Origin: Escherichia coli | Lineage (GTDB): Bacteria; Pseudomonadota; Gammaproteobacteria; Enterobacterales; Enterobacteriaceae | Direction: 5' to 3' (one strand) | Assembly (NCBI RefSeq): GCF_044324875.1 | Contig: NZ_CP172185.1 | Length of the DNA stretch: 64,000 bases | Shown here: positions 22,940 through 35,273 of the stretch, in pieces | How positions within the stretch are numbered: position 1 is the first letter of the stretch | Layout of the letters: every line of letters starts with the position of its first letter | The notes under the pieces: generated by a model | What the model was told of the DNA's origin: nothing | The model's input: the letters and a program-made list of their open reading frames with translations, nothing else | Database searches by the model: none | Translations under genes and position numbers: made by a program

Positions 22940-23659
22940 TTACTGCATGGTTGCCTTAATACGCGGAGTTAATGCACCGTAATCATTGATCGTCTGAAAA
23001 CTGATATCCCCGGTTGCAGCATGCGGGATATCCACCGATACTTCACCTTTTGGCGGCACCATGGTGTTTGGGAGATTGCTATTTCCTGCTTTCAAATTTG
23101 TTACGGTAATGAAGTAGGGCGTTGGATTAATAAGAGTGAGTTTGCTGCCGCTGCGACGAAACCGAAGCATTGCAGGCGCTTCTTCAGGTGCCATTGCCAG
23201 GTTCGTGGGGCGATAAAACATTTTTATGCGGCTAATAATTGCCAGCTGTAATGTATTCTCATTCTTCTGATCTTTTTCCATAGCAGGAATAGCTTTAACA
23301 TTAACCCAGAACAGGCTTTCACGGTCGCCTGGTAACTGATGATTAGTGGCGTTGATTATCCGCAGCGTATTCTCTTTTTTACCTTGCATGGAAAAAAGCG
23401 GTGGCGTAATGACAAACTGGGTGTCTTTTTGGTCACCTGCATTTTCTATCCATGACTGAATGAGATAGACACTGGCAGGATCATTATTCGTGACAGGCAA
23501 TAAAACCTGTTTCTGGTTTGCCGGATAAATTACCCGCGTCGCACCCAGTGCGACAGCTGCGTTGGCAATGGTGCTATGGCAAGCAAAGAGCAATAAAAGT
23601 AACACTGTCGCCATAAAGGAAATAGAGTAGGGGGTACGCGTAGTTTGCATCTGATGCAT
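22940..23659 (-). CDS. periplasmic fimbrial chaperone (FimC-like)
   Basis: 239-aa ORF with signal peptide and PapD-like chaperone features; start codon uncertain. Confidence 0.85.
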   Translation of the reverse strand: MHQMQTTRTPYSISFMATVLLLLLFACHSTIANAAVALGATRVIYPANQKQVLLPVTNNDPASVYLIQSWIENAGDQKDTQFVITPPLFSMQGKKENTLRIINATNHQLPGDRESLFWVNVKAIPAMEKDQKNENTLQLAIISRIKMFYRPTNLAMAPEEAPAMLRFRRSGSKLTLINPTPYFITVTNLKAGNSNLPNTMVPPKGEVSVDIPHAATGDISFQTINDYGALTPRIKATMQ

Positions 23660-24012
23660 TCTCCATGTGTTAAGAGGATAAGCGGGAAAACCGTTACATC
23701 AGACAATCAGTAAATATTGCTAATACATTGGCGACTCGCCGGGTTTCCAGACTTAATGCGTTTGTAATAAATGTTGGTTCTCTTTTAATAGGAAAACCTT
23801 GCTACAAAGTAAATATTTTAAATAACAGTAAGTTTAACTACTGTTGTTTATTGATCGTTTAGATATTATGTGATTTTTTCATACCGCTCCAAAACACAAA
23901 CTATTCCTCATTAATAATGAGATGAACATTGGTGAATTGCTCGGGTGTGCGTAGCCATGCTACACACACCCTGTTTCAATTTCAGATGACGTATAGCCAC
24001 CTTAAGATTGAA

Positions 24013-24576
24013 TTATAGATATTGAACTTTGAAGGTCGCATCAGCGTTTGCAGTACCAGCTACTGACTGCCCGAGAGCAATATATCGAGCCTGGAACGGC
24101 AATATATTCGTGCCATCAATCAAGTCAGTTTTAGCACTAAAAGTGGCACCATCAAGTATTAATACCTCACCCGTACGGTCCAAAATTTGAATACCGACAT
24201 TTTGGGCAGAGCCTGCCGCTGAACTCTGAAGCGCTAATGTGTCGTCATTACTGGTGACAGTAGTACCCAGGAATGCAACAGCTGCATTACTGGAAACATT
24301 GGTATCACAATCATTCAGCTTGATATTGAAGCCAACGGCGGAGCTGAGGTCACCCGCTTTAGCCAGACGAGAAGAACGGACCTGACCCAGCTCAACCGTT
24401 TGGTTCATTGATTCTGAATCAATCGCACAAGCGGCATTTACCACTTCACCTTTAAAATGAATAACACCGCCATTAACAGTGGTCGTTACTGATTCATCAC
24501 CCTCGGCTGCGCTTACCGCAGCAGACGACATCGCCAACACAGAAACGACAATCATACCGACATGTTTGAGTTTCAT
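24013..24576 (-). CDS. major fimbrial subunit (FimA-like, F9-type)
   Basis: ORF track start 24624; start [23 protein letters not shown] at 24576 preferred (signal peptide, GGAG RBS upstream); C-terminal ...TFKVQYL pilin strand. Confidence 0.85.
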   Translation of the reverse strand: MKLKHVGMIVVSVLAMSSAAVSAAEGDESVTTTVNGGVIHFKGEVVNAACAIDSESMNQTVELGQVRSSRLAKAGDLSSAVGFNIKLNDCDTNVSSNAAVAFLGTTVTSNDDTLALQSSAAGSAQNVGIQILDRTGEVLILDGATFSAKTDLIDGTNILPFQARYIALGQSVAGTANADATFKVQYL

Positions 24577-25009
24577 AATTCTCCAAAATTTATATTTAAG
24601 TAGCTGAATAAAGAAAGTTAACAATTAAGTCATTCTGTTATTGCTTATAAAACAAGAATCATTCTTGATGGGATATTGCCCTGAGAATATAGTTTCCAGG
24701 GTTATTACATTTCACGAAGAACGATAATATCTTTAAATTACAAGGACACCTAATCACAACAAGTTTATTGCAGCACTTGTTGTAGAGAGTATTTGCAAAG
24801 ACATTTTATGTCGCTAAATAACATTACGATTTCATTATGCATGTTATTTATAAACAGCGACTAAACAGAATATTATTGCGAACAAGGGAAGTGTCAGGAA
24901 AGGTCAAGAGCGGCCAATGGTTTATATGGCTATAAAACATTAGCTATGGTTAATGTTTGCCTGGTGTAACTAACACGGAATTGCTCTAAACAGATAAGTG
25001 CAGGGTTTA

Positions 25010-25264
25010 TTAAAGCTGACCGACAGACTTTCTTAACCTGGTAATATCTCTCTTAGGTGACTCTCCAAACATCCGCGAATATTCCCGACTGAAATGGGAT
25101 AAGCTTTCGTAACCGACAGCATAGGCTGCAGTGGTGACATCGTAATGTTCATTCAGCATCAGTCGCCTGGCTTCATTGAGGCGTAGCCATTTCTGATACC
25201 GGAGTGGACTCATTCCCGCAAGCTGTCTGAATTGTTGATGGAAAGAGGGGGTGTTCATTTGCAC
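25010..25264 (-). pseudogene. yneL: AraC-family regulator remnant (C-terminal HTH only, yneL-like)
   Basis: 84-aa ORF containing only the second AraC HTH region (…GMSPLRYQKWLRLNEARRLM…); no N-terminal domain is encoded upstream in frame. Confidence 0.7.
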
Positions 25265-25544
25265 GCGGTTTGCCAGCCTGACTCTTCAACGCAGGGAAGA
25301 TGCGGCAAACGGCAAACCTGCATACCAGCCAGCCTATATCAGGTATGCACAGGCCAATCATGAAAGAGGAGAGGCTTTATGTTCTGGAACCCTGAAGTAA
25401 TAACGACGACCGTAAAATCGCTTCGCATCACTCAAATTCCATTTAACTATTCTGGGTTTGAGGGATATACATAATTGACTTCAGCACCAGAAACAGCATA
25501 ACAAACTGTTTTAAATGGATATTAATCAAATGACGATTCAAACT

Positions 25545-25579
25545 CACAGTTATGAACTCAGTTTTGGTTCATAACTGTG
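25545..25579. repeat. perfect 13-bp inverted repeat with 9-bp spacer
   Basis: cacagttatgaac-tcagttttg-gttcataactgtg; a related palindrome gttcatgaac lies at 25619-25628. Located between the AraC remnant and the accessory cluster. Confidence 0.6.
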
Positions 25580-25678
25580 TTAAACGCTGTCCATAAATCA
25601 CTCGATGTCACGTCTGTTGGTTCATGAACTGATCGTTCTAATTTTGTGATGTGCGTCAGGTTTTAGTGTTCAGTAATG

Positions 25679-26482
25679 TTACCTTTTACTCGATGATCGA
25701 TTGTTTAGCACCTCTCCCACAACCGGAGCAGCGGTAAATGCGTTTGGCCAGCCAGCATAGAAGGCGGCCTGGGTAACGATCTCACCAGCTTCCTCAACAG
25801 AAAGTCCATTATCCATTGCTCTATTGAGGTGATAGCCAATCTGCGCGCTCTGTCCGGATGCGATTAAGGCGCTGACCGTAATCAGGCTTCTGTCGCGGGG
25901 TTTCAGCGCGGGTCTTTGCCAGAGATCCAGGAAGAGTGGATCAGCAGTGAATTTAACCAGGCCTGGAGATATTGGGCCAACATTTTTTTCCACTGTCTCT
26001 GAACGCTGCTTTTCTGCTTCCTGATTGAGAGGAAGCAGGCCCGGAGAAGCTTCAGGAAGTGCATCTGCCGTGACGCCACGAGTTTCAAATACTGCTTTGA
26101 TCACGCTGACGGCTGACATTGCATTTGGCCAACCTGAGTAGAACGCCAGATGGGTAATGATTTCTGATAATTCCGCTGGCGTCACGCCGCTATCGAGAGC
26201 GACGTCAATATAGTGCTTAAGCTCGGCAGGCTGGTTGCGGGCAATCAGCATGGCGACGGTCACCACACTACGATCCCTCGGTGAGAGGGCGTCGCGTGTC
26301 CACAGATCTTCAGTAATAGCTTCGCGACCAAAGCGCGCGAGAGCCGGTGAGACGGAACGAATATCAGCTTCCGAAATCGCTGACGGTTCTATTTTCATCA
26401 TAGCTTTACCTCTTGTTTCCTCAGCATTGGCAAAATCAGAAATAACAAGCGACATAGCCGCTGCTGCAAGTACGCTTTTCAT
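25679..26482 (-). CDS. secreted tandem carboxymuconolactone-decarboxylase (CMD/AhpD-like) domain protein
   Basis: 267-aa ORF; signal peptide MKSVLAAAAMSLVISDFANA; two internally repeated ~100-aa CMD-like domains (DLWTRDALSPRDRS… and DLWQRPALKPRDRS…). Confidence 0.8.
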   Translation of the reverse strand: MKSVLAAAAMSLVISDFANAEETRGKAMMKIEPSAISEADIRSVSPALARFGREAITEDLWTRDALSPRDRSVVTVAMLIARNQPAELKHYIDVALDSGVTPAELSEIITHLAFYSGWPNAMSAVSVIKAVFETRGVTADALPEASPGLLPLNQEAEKQRSETVEKNVGPISPGLVKFTADPLFLDLWQRPALKPRDRSLITVSALIASGQSAQIGYHLNRAMDNGLSVEEAGEIVTQAAFYAGWPNAFTAAPVVGEVLNNRSSSKR

Positions 26483-26497
26483 GTTAATCCTTACTGG

Positions 26498-27223
26498 TCA
26501 ACGTTGCGGCTCCTGTTTGATTCCGCCTTTGTTACGAAGAAATACCGGTTTTACCGGGATTGCGTCCTTCCTGGCGCTCATATGCGCCGTTTGCCTGAGG
26601 TAATCCAGGATGTGCAGCGTTTGTCGGTGCAGTTGATAATCCTCCTCACTGGCGTAAATCTCATAGAAATACCAGCGTTTTGGAGTCTCTGAATCTGTAC
26701 CGGCATACATGGCTAACACGCCTTTCTCTACTTTGAGCGACTCGACCATTTCAGGAAGGACGATGTTTCTAAATTCGCTCTGAAATTCAGGCTTTACTTC
26801 GACGATCACCAGATTATTGATAGTTCGTTCATTCGGTATGATGTGTTTGTCGCCCAGAAACTGTGGCTCCAGGGTAATTTTCTTCTTCCTGTCAATAATG
26901 TCAGGTGCACGAGCAGCGAATGCTTTGTATGGGGCGGCATTGAGATGTTTGCGATAAGCACGCTCATTTTCATAGAGTTCGAACATGAATGCCTGACCTG
27001 AATTGTCGCTGCGTTGCAGGGCATACATCGCCAGTGTACCTGCTTCATGATCAACCGAAGCGGAAATCGTCTGTCTGGCCACGTCTGCAAAGTCGTTGTC
27101 CCGATCGGGTCTGATGCCGAGCTCGAAGATATTCATCTCCGACTTATTCGGCGCGTCCGGTTTTGTTGCAAAGACAGGGCTGCTTATTAGCATGCAAATT
27201 AAAAGCATAAAAGTCTTTTTCAC
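26498..27223 (-). CDS. secreted tandem ABM (antibiotic-biosynthesis-monooxygenase / quinol-monooxygenase-like) domain protein
   Basis: 241-aa ORF; signal peptide MKKTFMLLICMLISSPVFA; two ABM-like halves (LAMYALQ…FELYENERAYRKH and LAMYAGT…YEIYASEEDYQLH). Start is GTG at 27223 or ATG at 27208. Confidence 0.75.
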   Translation of the reverse strand: MKKTFMLLICMLISSPVFATKPDAPNKSEMNIFELGIRPDRDNDFADVARQTISASVDHEAGTLAMYALQRSDNSGQAFMFELYENERAYRKHLNAAPYKAFAARAPDIIDRKKKITLEPQFLGDKHIIPNERTINNLVIVEVKPEFQSEFRNIVLPEMVESLKVEKGVLAMYAGTDSETPKRWYFYEIYASEEDYQLHRQTLHILDYLRQTAHMSARKDAIPVKPVFLRNKGGIKQEPQR

Positions 27224-27338
27224 GATGATCTTTTTACTGACGTTACTGTTTAAGACGTTCGATCAACTGGTGCTGGTAAGAACGTAACCGACCGCTACTG
27301 GCGCTCTCAAAGACGAGAGGAGGAAAAGTGAATAAGGG

Positions 27339-30317
<2,979 letters not shown>

Positions 30318-30319
30318 TG

Positions 30320-30892
30320 TTATTCTCCCTCTGGATTATTCACGACGGAATTGAGCAGTTCGACAAGCCTTGAAGCGTGTTCCCGGGCAAGCGTTTTTTG
30401 CTGCGCGATTTTGTCGGCATCCCGGTCGGCATAGCTGATACCGCAGGTATAAACCGGCGTCAGCAGCTCAAGATTGCACAGCCTTGCCGTGGTTTCGAAC
30501 GGAATAAGATACTCTTCAATGGTATGGCCAAAGAAACTGTCGACGGTATAGAGCTCCTCTGGCGCTCCCGTTGTAAAGGAGAGGATCAGCTTTTTACCGC
30601 CCAGTTTCGCCGTTGAGCCATGCGCGAAGCCGTGAACAAAGACCTCGTCCAGCCATTTTTTCATTAATCCTGGCAGCCCATACCAGGAAAAAGGGAACTG
30701 CCAGACAATCACATCGGCCCTGAGCAGGCTTTCCTGCTCCGCCGCGATGTTGAATTTGCCATCCGGATAGAGCCTGTCCAGACGACGAATCTCAACATCA
30801 GGAAGGGCGGTCTCCACTTCATCAAGAATAGTGGCATTGGCGACGGAATGGGTAAGCTCAGGATGACCTGAAATAACAAGGATATTTTTCAT
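30320..30892 (-). CDS. flavodoxin-like NAD(P)H:quinone oxidoreductase (KefG/KefF/MdaB-like)
   Basis: 190-aa ORF MKNILVISGHPE…; resembles KefG-type quinone reductases; stop is 2 bp upstream of the disrupted AKR start (same operon). Confidence 0.75.
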   Translation of the reverse strand: MKNILVISGHPELTHSVANATILDEVETALPDVEIRRLDRLYPDGKFNIAAEQESLLRADVIVWQFPFSWYGLPGLMKKWLDEVFVHGFAHGSTAKLGGKKLILSFTTGAPEELYTVDSFFGHTIEEYLIPFETTARLCNLELLTPVYTCGISYADRDADKIAQQKTLAREHASRLVELLNSVVNNPEGE

Positions 30893-31041
30893 TTCAATCA
30901 GTTAAACATCTTTGGTGAATATTAAATCCAGTATAGAGTGACAACATTATTTTTTTAGAGCAGTAAAGACTCATTCACTTTTAGACAAAAACTAATAATG
31001 GTCAACTGTTCTCATTGTACCGGTCATCACGAACCCGTGAA

Positions 31042-31718
31042 CTACGCCGTGATGCCCAGTAAACGTTCTGCATTGCGAAATGCGATGGCCTCTTTTTCAG
31101 CCTTGTTGACGGGCAGACTGTCTATAAAGGTTTTTACACCGTCCAGGGTCTGATAGGGATAATCGACGGAGAACAGGATCCTTTCAGCACCCATTAACGC
31201 GTAGATAAACTGGAAGTGCGGCAGTGTTAGCATATGGCGGGGTAACGTAAACGTGTTCCTGGAAGGTTCTCGTTAGCGTGCGTGACAGACCCGTTGCAGC
31301 CAGTGGTAGGCTGTCATCAAGACGCTGGAGCCAGAAGGGTAACATCTCCCCCCAGTGGCCACTGATTACCTGCAGGTTGGGATATTTATCAAATGCGCCC
31401 GATAACATCAGCCGCAACAAATGGATCCCCGCTTCGTGATGCCAGCCCCAGGCAAACATAGAAAGCCTGGCGTTGACCTCTGCGCTGAAGCCCGTGAAGT
31501 AGGCCTGCTGTACGCTTTTAAGCGGTAACCCGGGATGAAGATAGAGTGGCACATTCAGTTTATTAAAGCGGGAAAGCAGGGAGTCGGTCAGGATTATGAC
31601 CATCAGCGACGGTTTTCCCCCAGTCGCCAAGGAAAGGTGCCTGCTCAAGCGCAACAGGCATACACGCTCGCCCTAACTCGCTGTCGAGATAATGTTCTTC
31701 GAGGCAAATGATTTTCAT
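31042..31718 (-). pseudogene. amidohydrolase-2 family (ACMSD / gamma-resorcylate decarboxylase-like) gene remnant
   Basis: Three consecutive frames carry pieces of one protein: MKIICLEEHYLD… (from 31718), …LYLHPGLP…GWHHEAGIHLLRLMLSGAFDKYPNLQVISGHWGEMLPFWLQR…, …ERILFSVDYPYQ…; at least two frameshifts and an apparently shortened N-terminal region. Confidence 0.7.
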
Positions 31719-31820
31719 ATTCTCACCATTCATACAAAGCAGTAAAAGTGATACAGATTAGAATCACCCGGAACAGCCCGTTCGTGTGTGTCATTCATGA
31801 CAGTCTGTTCCGGACGGGCT

Positions 31821-32768
31821 TTACACCATCGGTTTTTCCCAGGCGCCTCGTGTATCCACTCTGGTCTCTGCGGCGAGTTGTTCCAGCAGGATGATTTCCT
31901 CATCGCGTAACTGGATGTCTGAAGCGCAGGCGGCGTCCAGAACGTGATGGACTTTAGTCGCACCAACGAGGGGAAGGGTACCTTTCGCAATAGCCCATGC
32001 GATGGCTATCTGTGCCACGCTGGCATTCCTTTCGGCTCCCATTTTTTTCATGGCGGCGGTTAGTCTTTCTATCTGCGGCAGTACTGCGTTATAACTTTCG
32101 GCCCGGCCACTCCCGGCAGGCATGGGATGATTTGAATCATAACGACCACTGAGCGCGCCTTGCTCCAGGACCATGTAAGCAAAGAACGTGATGTTATTTT
32201 GTCGGCAATAATCAAGGATCCCGGCCTCTTCAGAAGCGCGATAGAGCAGGCTGTAGTGATTTTGTACTGCACTGAGGGAATAACCGGAAGCGTTAAGGAT
32301 TTCATTGGCGCGTCTGATTTGTGCCAGATTGTGGTTGGAAACACCTACGCGTTTTACCTTACCGCTTTGTAAAAGTGGGATCAATCCTGGCGTCCATTTT
32401 TCGACGTCGAGGGGATTATGGATCCAGTAGATATCAATCGCGTCCACGCCCAAGCGCCCAAGGCTGGCCTCAAGCATATCGCTGACAGGCTGCGCAGACT
32501 GCTTGTCCGCAATCTGCGGCGTGAATTTGGTGGATAAAATTATGTTCTCGCGAGGAAACTGACGGACTAATGCTCCCAGCGCAGTCTCGGAACTCCCCAT
32601 ACCATATACTGCTGCGGTATCCCAGAGATTGAGGCCCTTACTCATGGCCGCAGTGAACACTTCTGCCATCTGAGTATCAGAAAGATGATTACCAAAGACG
32701 GTGTCGCCGCCGGCAAAGCCTGTGCCCCAGGACCATGTACCTAGTGCGACTGGAGGTAGTGTTTTCAT
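31821..32768 (-). CDS. aldo-keto reductase (intact)
   Basis: 315-aa ORF MKTLPPVALGTWSWG… with AKR family features throughout. Confidence 0.85.
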   Translation of the reverse strand: MKTLPPVALGTWSWGTGFAGGDTVFGNHLSDTQMAEVFTAAMSKGLNLWDTAAVYGMGSSETALGALVRQFPRENIILSTKFTPQIADKQSAQPVSDMLEASLGRLGVDAIDIYWIHNPLDVEKWTPGLIPLLQSGKVKRVGVSNHNLAQIRRANEILNASGYSLSAVQNHYSLLYRASEEAGILDYCRQNNITFFAYMVLEQGALSGRYDSNHPMPAGSGRAESYNAVLPQIERLTAAMKKMGAERNASVAQIAIAWAIAKGTLPLVGATKVHHVLDAACASDIQLRDEEIILLEQLAAETRVDTRGAWEKPMV

Positions 32769-32829
32769 ATTCAGCTCCTGAAAAAAGGCCGGATCGTGGC
32801 TGACTTAAACCGGCCAAGTAAGGAATTAA

Positions 32830-33531
32830 TTAAGCTGTCCGGCGGAGTGCATTTAACAGCGCCACACCAACCCCATGTGCTGAAGCGGGATTCTGCCCCG
32901 TGATAAGGCGATCGTCGGTAACCACGTTTTCAGACCAGTTTGGAGCTTCATGATAAAGCGCACCATGCTCGCGAAGTGCGGTTTCAAGCAGGAAGGGAAC
33001 CACATCTGTTGTGTGAACTTCTTCCTCTTCCTTGTTGGTAAAGGCCGCCACATTTTTCCCTTTTATCAGGTATTCGCCGCTACTGAGTTTTGCGTCAACC
33101 AATGCCGCAGGCCCGTGGCAGACGGCTGAGACAATCCCATCACTTTCATACACTTCGCGGATAATACGCTGGGCATCCTGATTATCACGGAAATCCCACA
33201 TGGTCCCATGACCACCTGCAAAGAAAACTGCGCTGTAATCGGCACCTTTCAGCTCGGATAACGCAGGTGTTGTTGCCAGGCGCTGCTGAAAATCGGTTTC
33301 GTTCCAGTACCAGGCGTTAACAGGGTCGCTGAGGTTAAATCCATCCACCGGTGGCTGCCCCCCGCGAATACTGGCTATTGTTGTTTTTATTCCGGCATCT
33401 TCCAGTACTTTCAGCGGATGAGTCAGCTCGGCCAGGAAAAAACCGGTTGGTACACCGGATGCGCCTTTAATCGGATGGCTGGAAACGACACATAGCACTG
33501 GTTTATATGCAGGTTTCATATCGGTCCTCAC
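32830..33531 (-). CDS. DJ-1/PfpI family protein (class I glutamine amidotransferase-like; glyoxalase/deglycase candidate)
   Basis: 233-aa ORF with the nucleophile elbow …SAVCHGP… typical of DJ-1/PfpI proteins. Confidence 0.8.
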   Translation of the reverse strand: MRTDMKPAYKPVLCVVSSHPIKGASGVPTGFFLAELTHPLKVLEDAGIKTTIASIRGGQPPVDGFNLSDPVNAWYWNETDFQQRLATTPALSELKGADYSAVFFAGGHGTMWDFRDNQDAQRIIREVYESDGIVSAVCHGPAALVDAKLSSGEYLIKGKNVAAFTNKEEEEVHTTDVVPFLLETALREHGALYHEAPNWSENVVTDDRLITGQNPASAHGVGVALLNALRRTA

Positions 33532-33839
33532 TCTTTATTTTTAAATTCATCGGCGAAGAGATTTTCCCAGTTAATAAAGGAGCCAAGCGGTATACACTCG
33601 AAGCTTAGTAAGCCTGCTTTTGCCAACGGGAATTCGGCCATAACGTTCATCGCTTCATCGACAGAGTCACATTCAAGAAAAATAGCGACGCCAGGTCTGT
33701 CCTGACGGAAGTAGATGTCGCGGATGAAGCCTGATTTATACAATCCCCAGGCGTGCAGAGCTTCAGCGTTGAGGTGCGGAGCATATTTCTCCAGCGATGC
33801 TACAGGGGCAGGGATATCCAGACATAAAATTCGCATCAT
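33528..33839 (-). CDS. small Dabb-fold protein (muconolactone-isomerase-like / YciI-like)
   Basis: 103-aa ORF; stop overlaps the DJ-1 start by 4 bp (translational coupling); AGGAG RBS upstream; family call is by pattern and is approximate. Confidence 0.6.
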   Translation of the reverse strand: MMRILCLDIPAPVASLEKYAPHLNAEALHAWGLYKSGFIRDIYFRQDRPGVAIFLECDSVDEAMNVMAEFPLAKAGLLSFECIPLGSFINWENLFADEFKNKE

Positions 33840-33975
33840 AGTCTCCTGAACTCAGGTCGTAGTAGAAAGAGACTAAAGTATAAGAGGCGTATTTCAGGAA
33901 GATTAGAGGGTCATTGACTTAAGCATTTTTAGACTGTACTTAATAATCAGGCGAGAATTGCTTTAGGAAAACATT

Positions 33976-34875
33976 ATGAATAACGCTCTTTATAACCAGA
34001 TTCGCATCTTCCAGAGCATTGCGCGGGAGGGCAATATTTCGGCAGCCGCAAGGAAACTGGAAATTACGCCTCCCTCCGTCAGCAATGCACTAAAGCTGCT
34101 GGAAGAGTATATCGGTCATCCGCTTTTTGTGCGTACGACCCGCCGTATAGAGCTGACGGAAACCGGTCAATTATTGCTGGAACAGACCGCTGCGGCGGTG
34201 GAGTCGCTGGAAAACTCACTTGAAAGCATTCGCGACCAGCATCAGGAGCCCTCAGGGATGGTGCGAATTACGCTCTCGCGTTTTGCCTACCTGTTAATTC
34301 TTAAGCCTGCGATGGCAGAATTCTGTCAGCAATATCCGGGTATACAGTTAGAAATTTCGGTCTACGACGGTACCGTGAATATCATCAAAGAGCGTTTTGA
34401 TCTGGGGATCCGTTTTGGCGATATTCTTGAGGGAGGGGTGGTGGCCCGACCGTTAATGAAACCGTTTCGTGAAGGATTATATGCATCCTCAGCGTATCTC
34501 TCCCGACATGGAACGCCTGAAGTGCCGGCAGATCTCTGTCATCACCAGCTGATTGGTTACCGTTTTATCACCAACAACCGCATCCTTCCGCTGCTCCTGA
34601 ACGATCGCGGTGAGCAGTTGACCGTTGAGATGCCGGGGCAGTTAATCAGCAACGATATTGACGTTATGGCAGACGGGATCCGTAACGGGCTGGGAATTGG
34701 GCGCTTGTTTGAGCCTGTCTGGCAGTTACAGCCGGACAGGGAGCGCTTTATTCCGGTGATGGAGAGCTACTGGAAAACCTACCCGCCAGTGTATCTCTAT
34801 TACCCCAAAAACGCGGGTAAAACGAAAAGAGTGAAGGCCCTGATTGATTTTCTGATATCCACTACGGGGCGATAA
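33976..34875 (+). CDS. LysR-family transcriptional regulator
   Basis: 299-aa ORF with N-terminal LysR HTH (…IFQSIAREGNISAAARKLEITPPSVSNALKLLEEYIGHPLFVR…); divergent from the minus-strand enzyme cluster across a 136-bp intergenic region. Confidence 0.88.
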   Translation: MNNALYNQIRIFQSIAREGNISAAARKLEITPPSVSNALKLLEEYIGHPLFVRTTRRIELTETGQLLLEQTAAAVESLENSLESIRDQHQEPSGMVRITLSRFAYLLILKPAMAEFCQQYPGIQLEISVYDGTVNIIKERFDLGIRFGDILEGGVVARPLMKPFREGLYASSAYLSRHGTPEVPADLCHHQLIGYRFITNNRILPLLLNDRGEQLTVEMPGQLISNDIDVMADGIRNGLGIGRLFEPVWQLQPDRERFIPVMESYWKTYPPVYLYYPKNAGKTKRVKALIDFLISTTGR

Positions 34876-35166
34876 AGACGATAACGCCTCGTTCGGTATG
34901 GAGATGCATCGAATGGCATTGTGAGTTTTTTTTCACAGATGGGCGTAATCGTCAGTGGATTTTACATACAAGGATAGCGCCCACATACTGACATCATTAA
35001 TTAACGTTGGGTGAGGTTTACCGGGGGGAGGGGAAAGCGAACCAGGAGATGGAGGTGGCCAATCTGGTACGAACCGCCGCGTAGCTTGCACGGCAAAAGC
35101 TGCTGACTGATTCATCAGTTAAGCTACTGAAAGAGCGGAACACATGAACTTAAGAACAAACCCACC

Positions 35167-35197
<31 letters not shown>

Positions 35198-35273
35198 ATA
35201 TAAACCAAGGGAGAATCCAGTCGTTGGCGGTCATGATTGTCCTGCTCATTAACAACGACCAAAACCCCATATC

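Noticed and set aside
31730-31990. 86-aa minus-strand ORF overlapping the 3' end of the intact aldo-keto reductase gene
   Set aside because: Out-of-frame overlap with a well-supported gene; no independent support.
33846-33857. CCTGA-AC-TCAGG palindrome next to the Dabb-fold gene start
   Set aside because: It overlaps the ribosome-binding site and start codon (AGGAG act ATG), so the dyad is probably incidental to RBS sequence rather than an operator.
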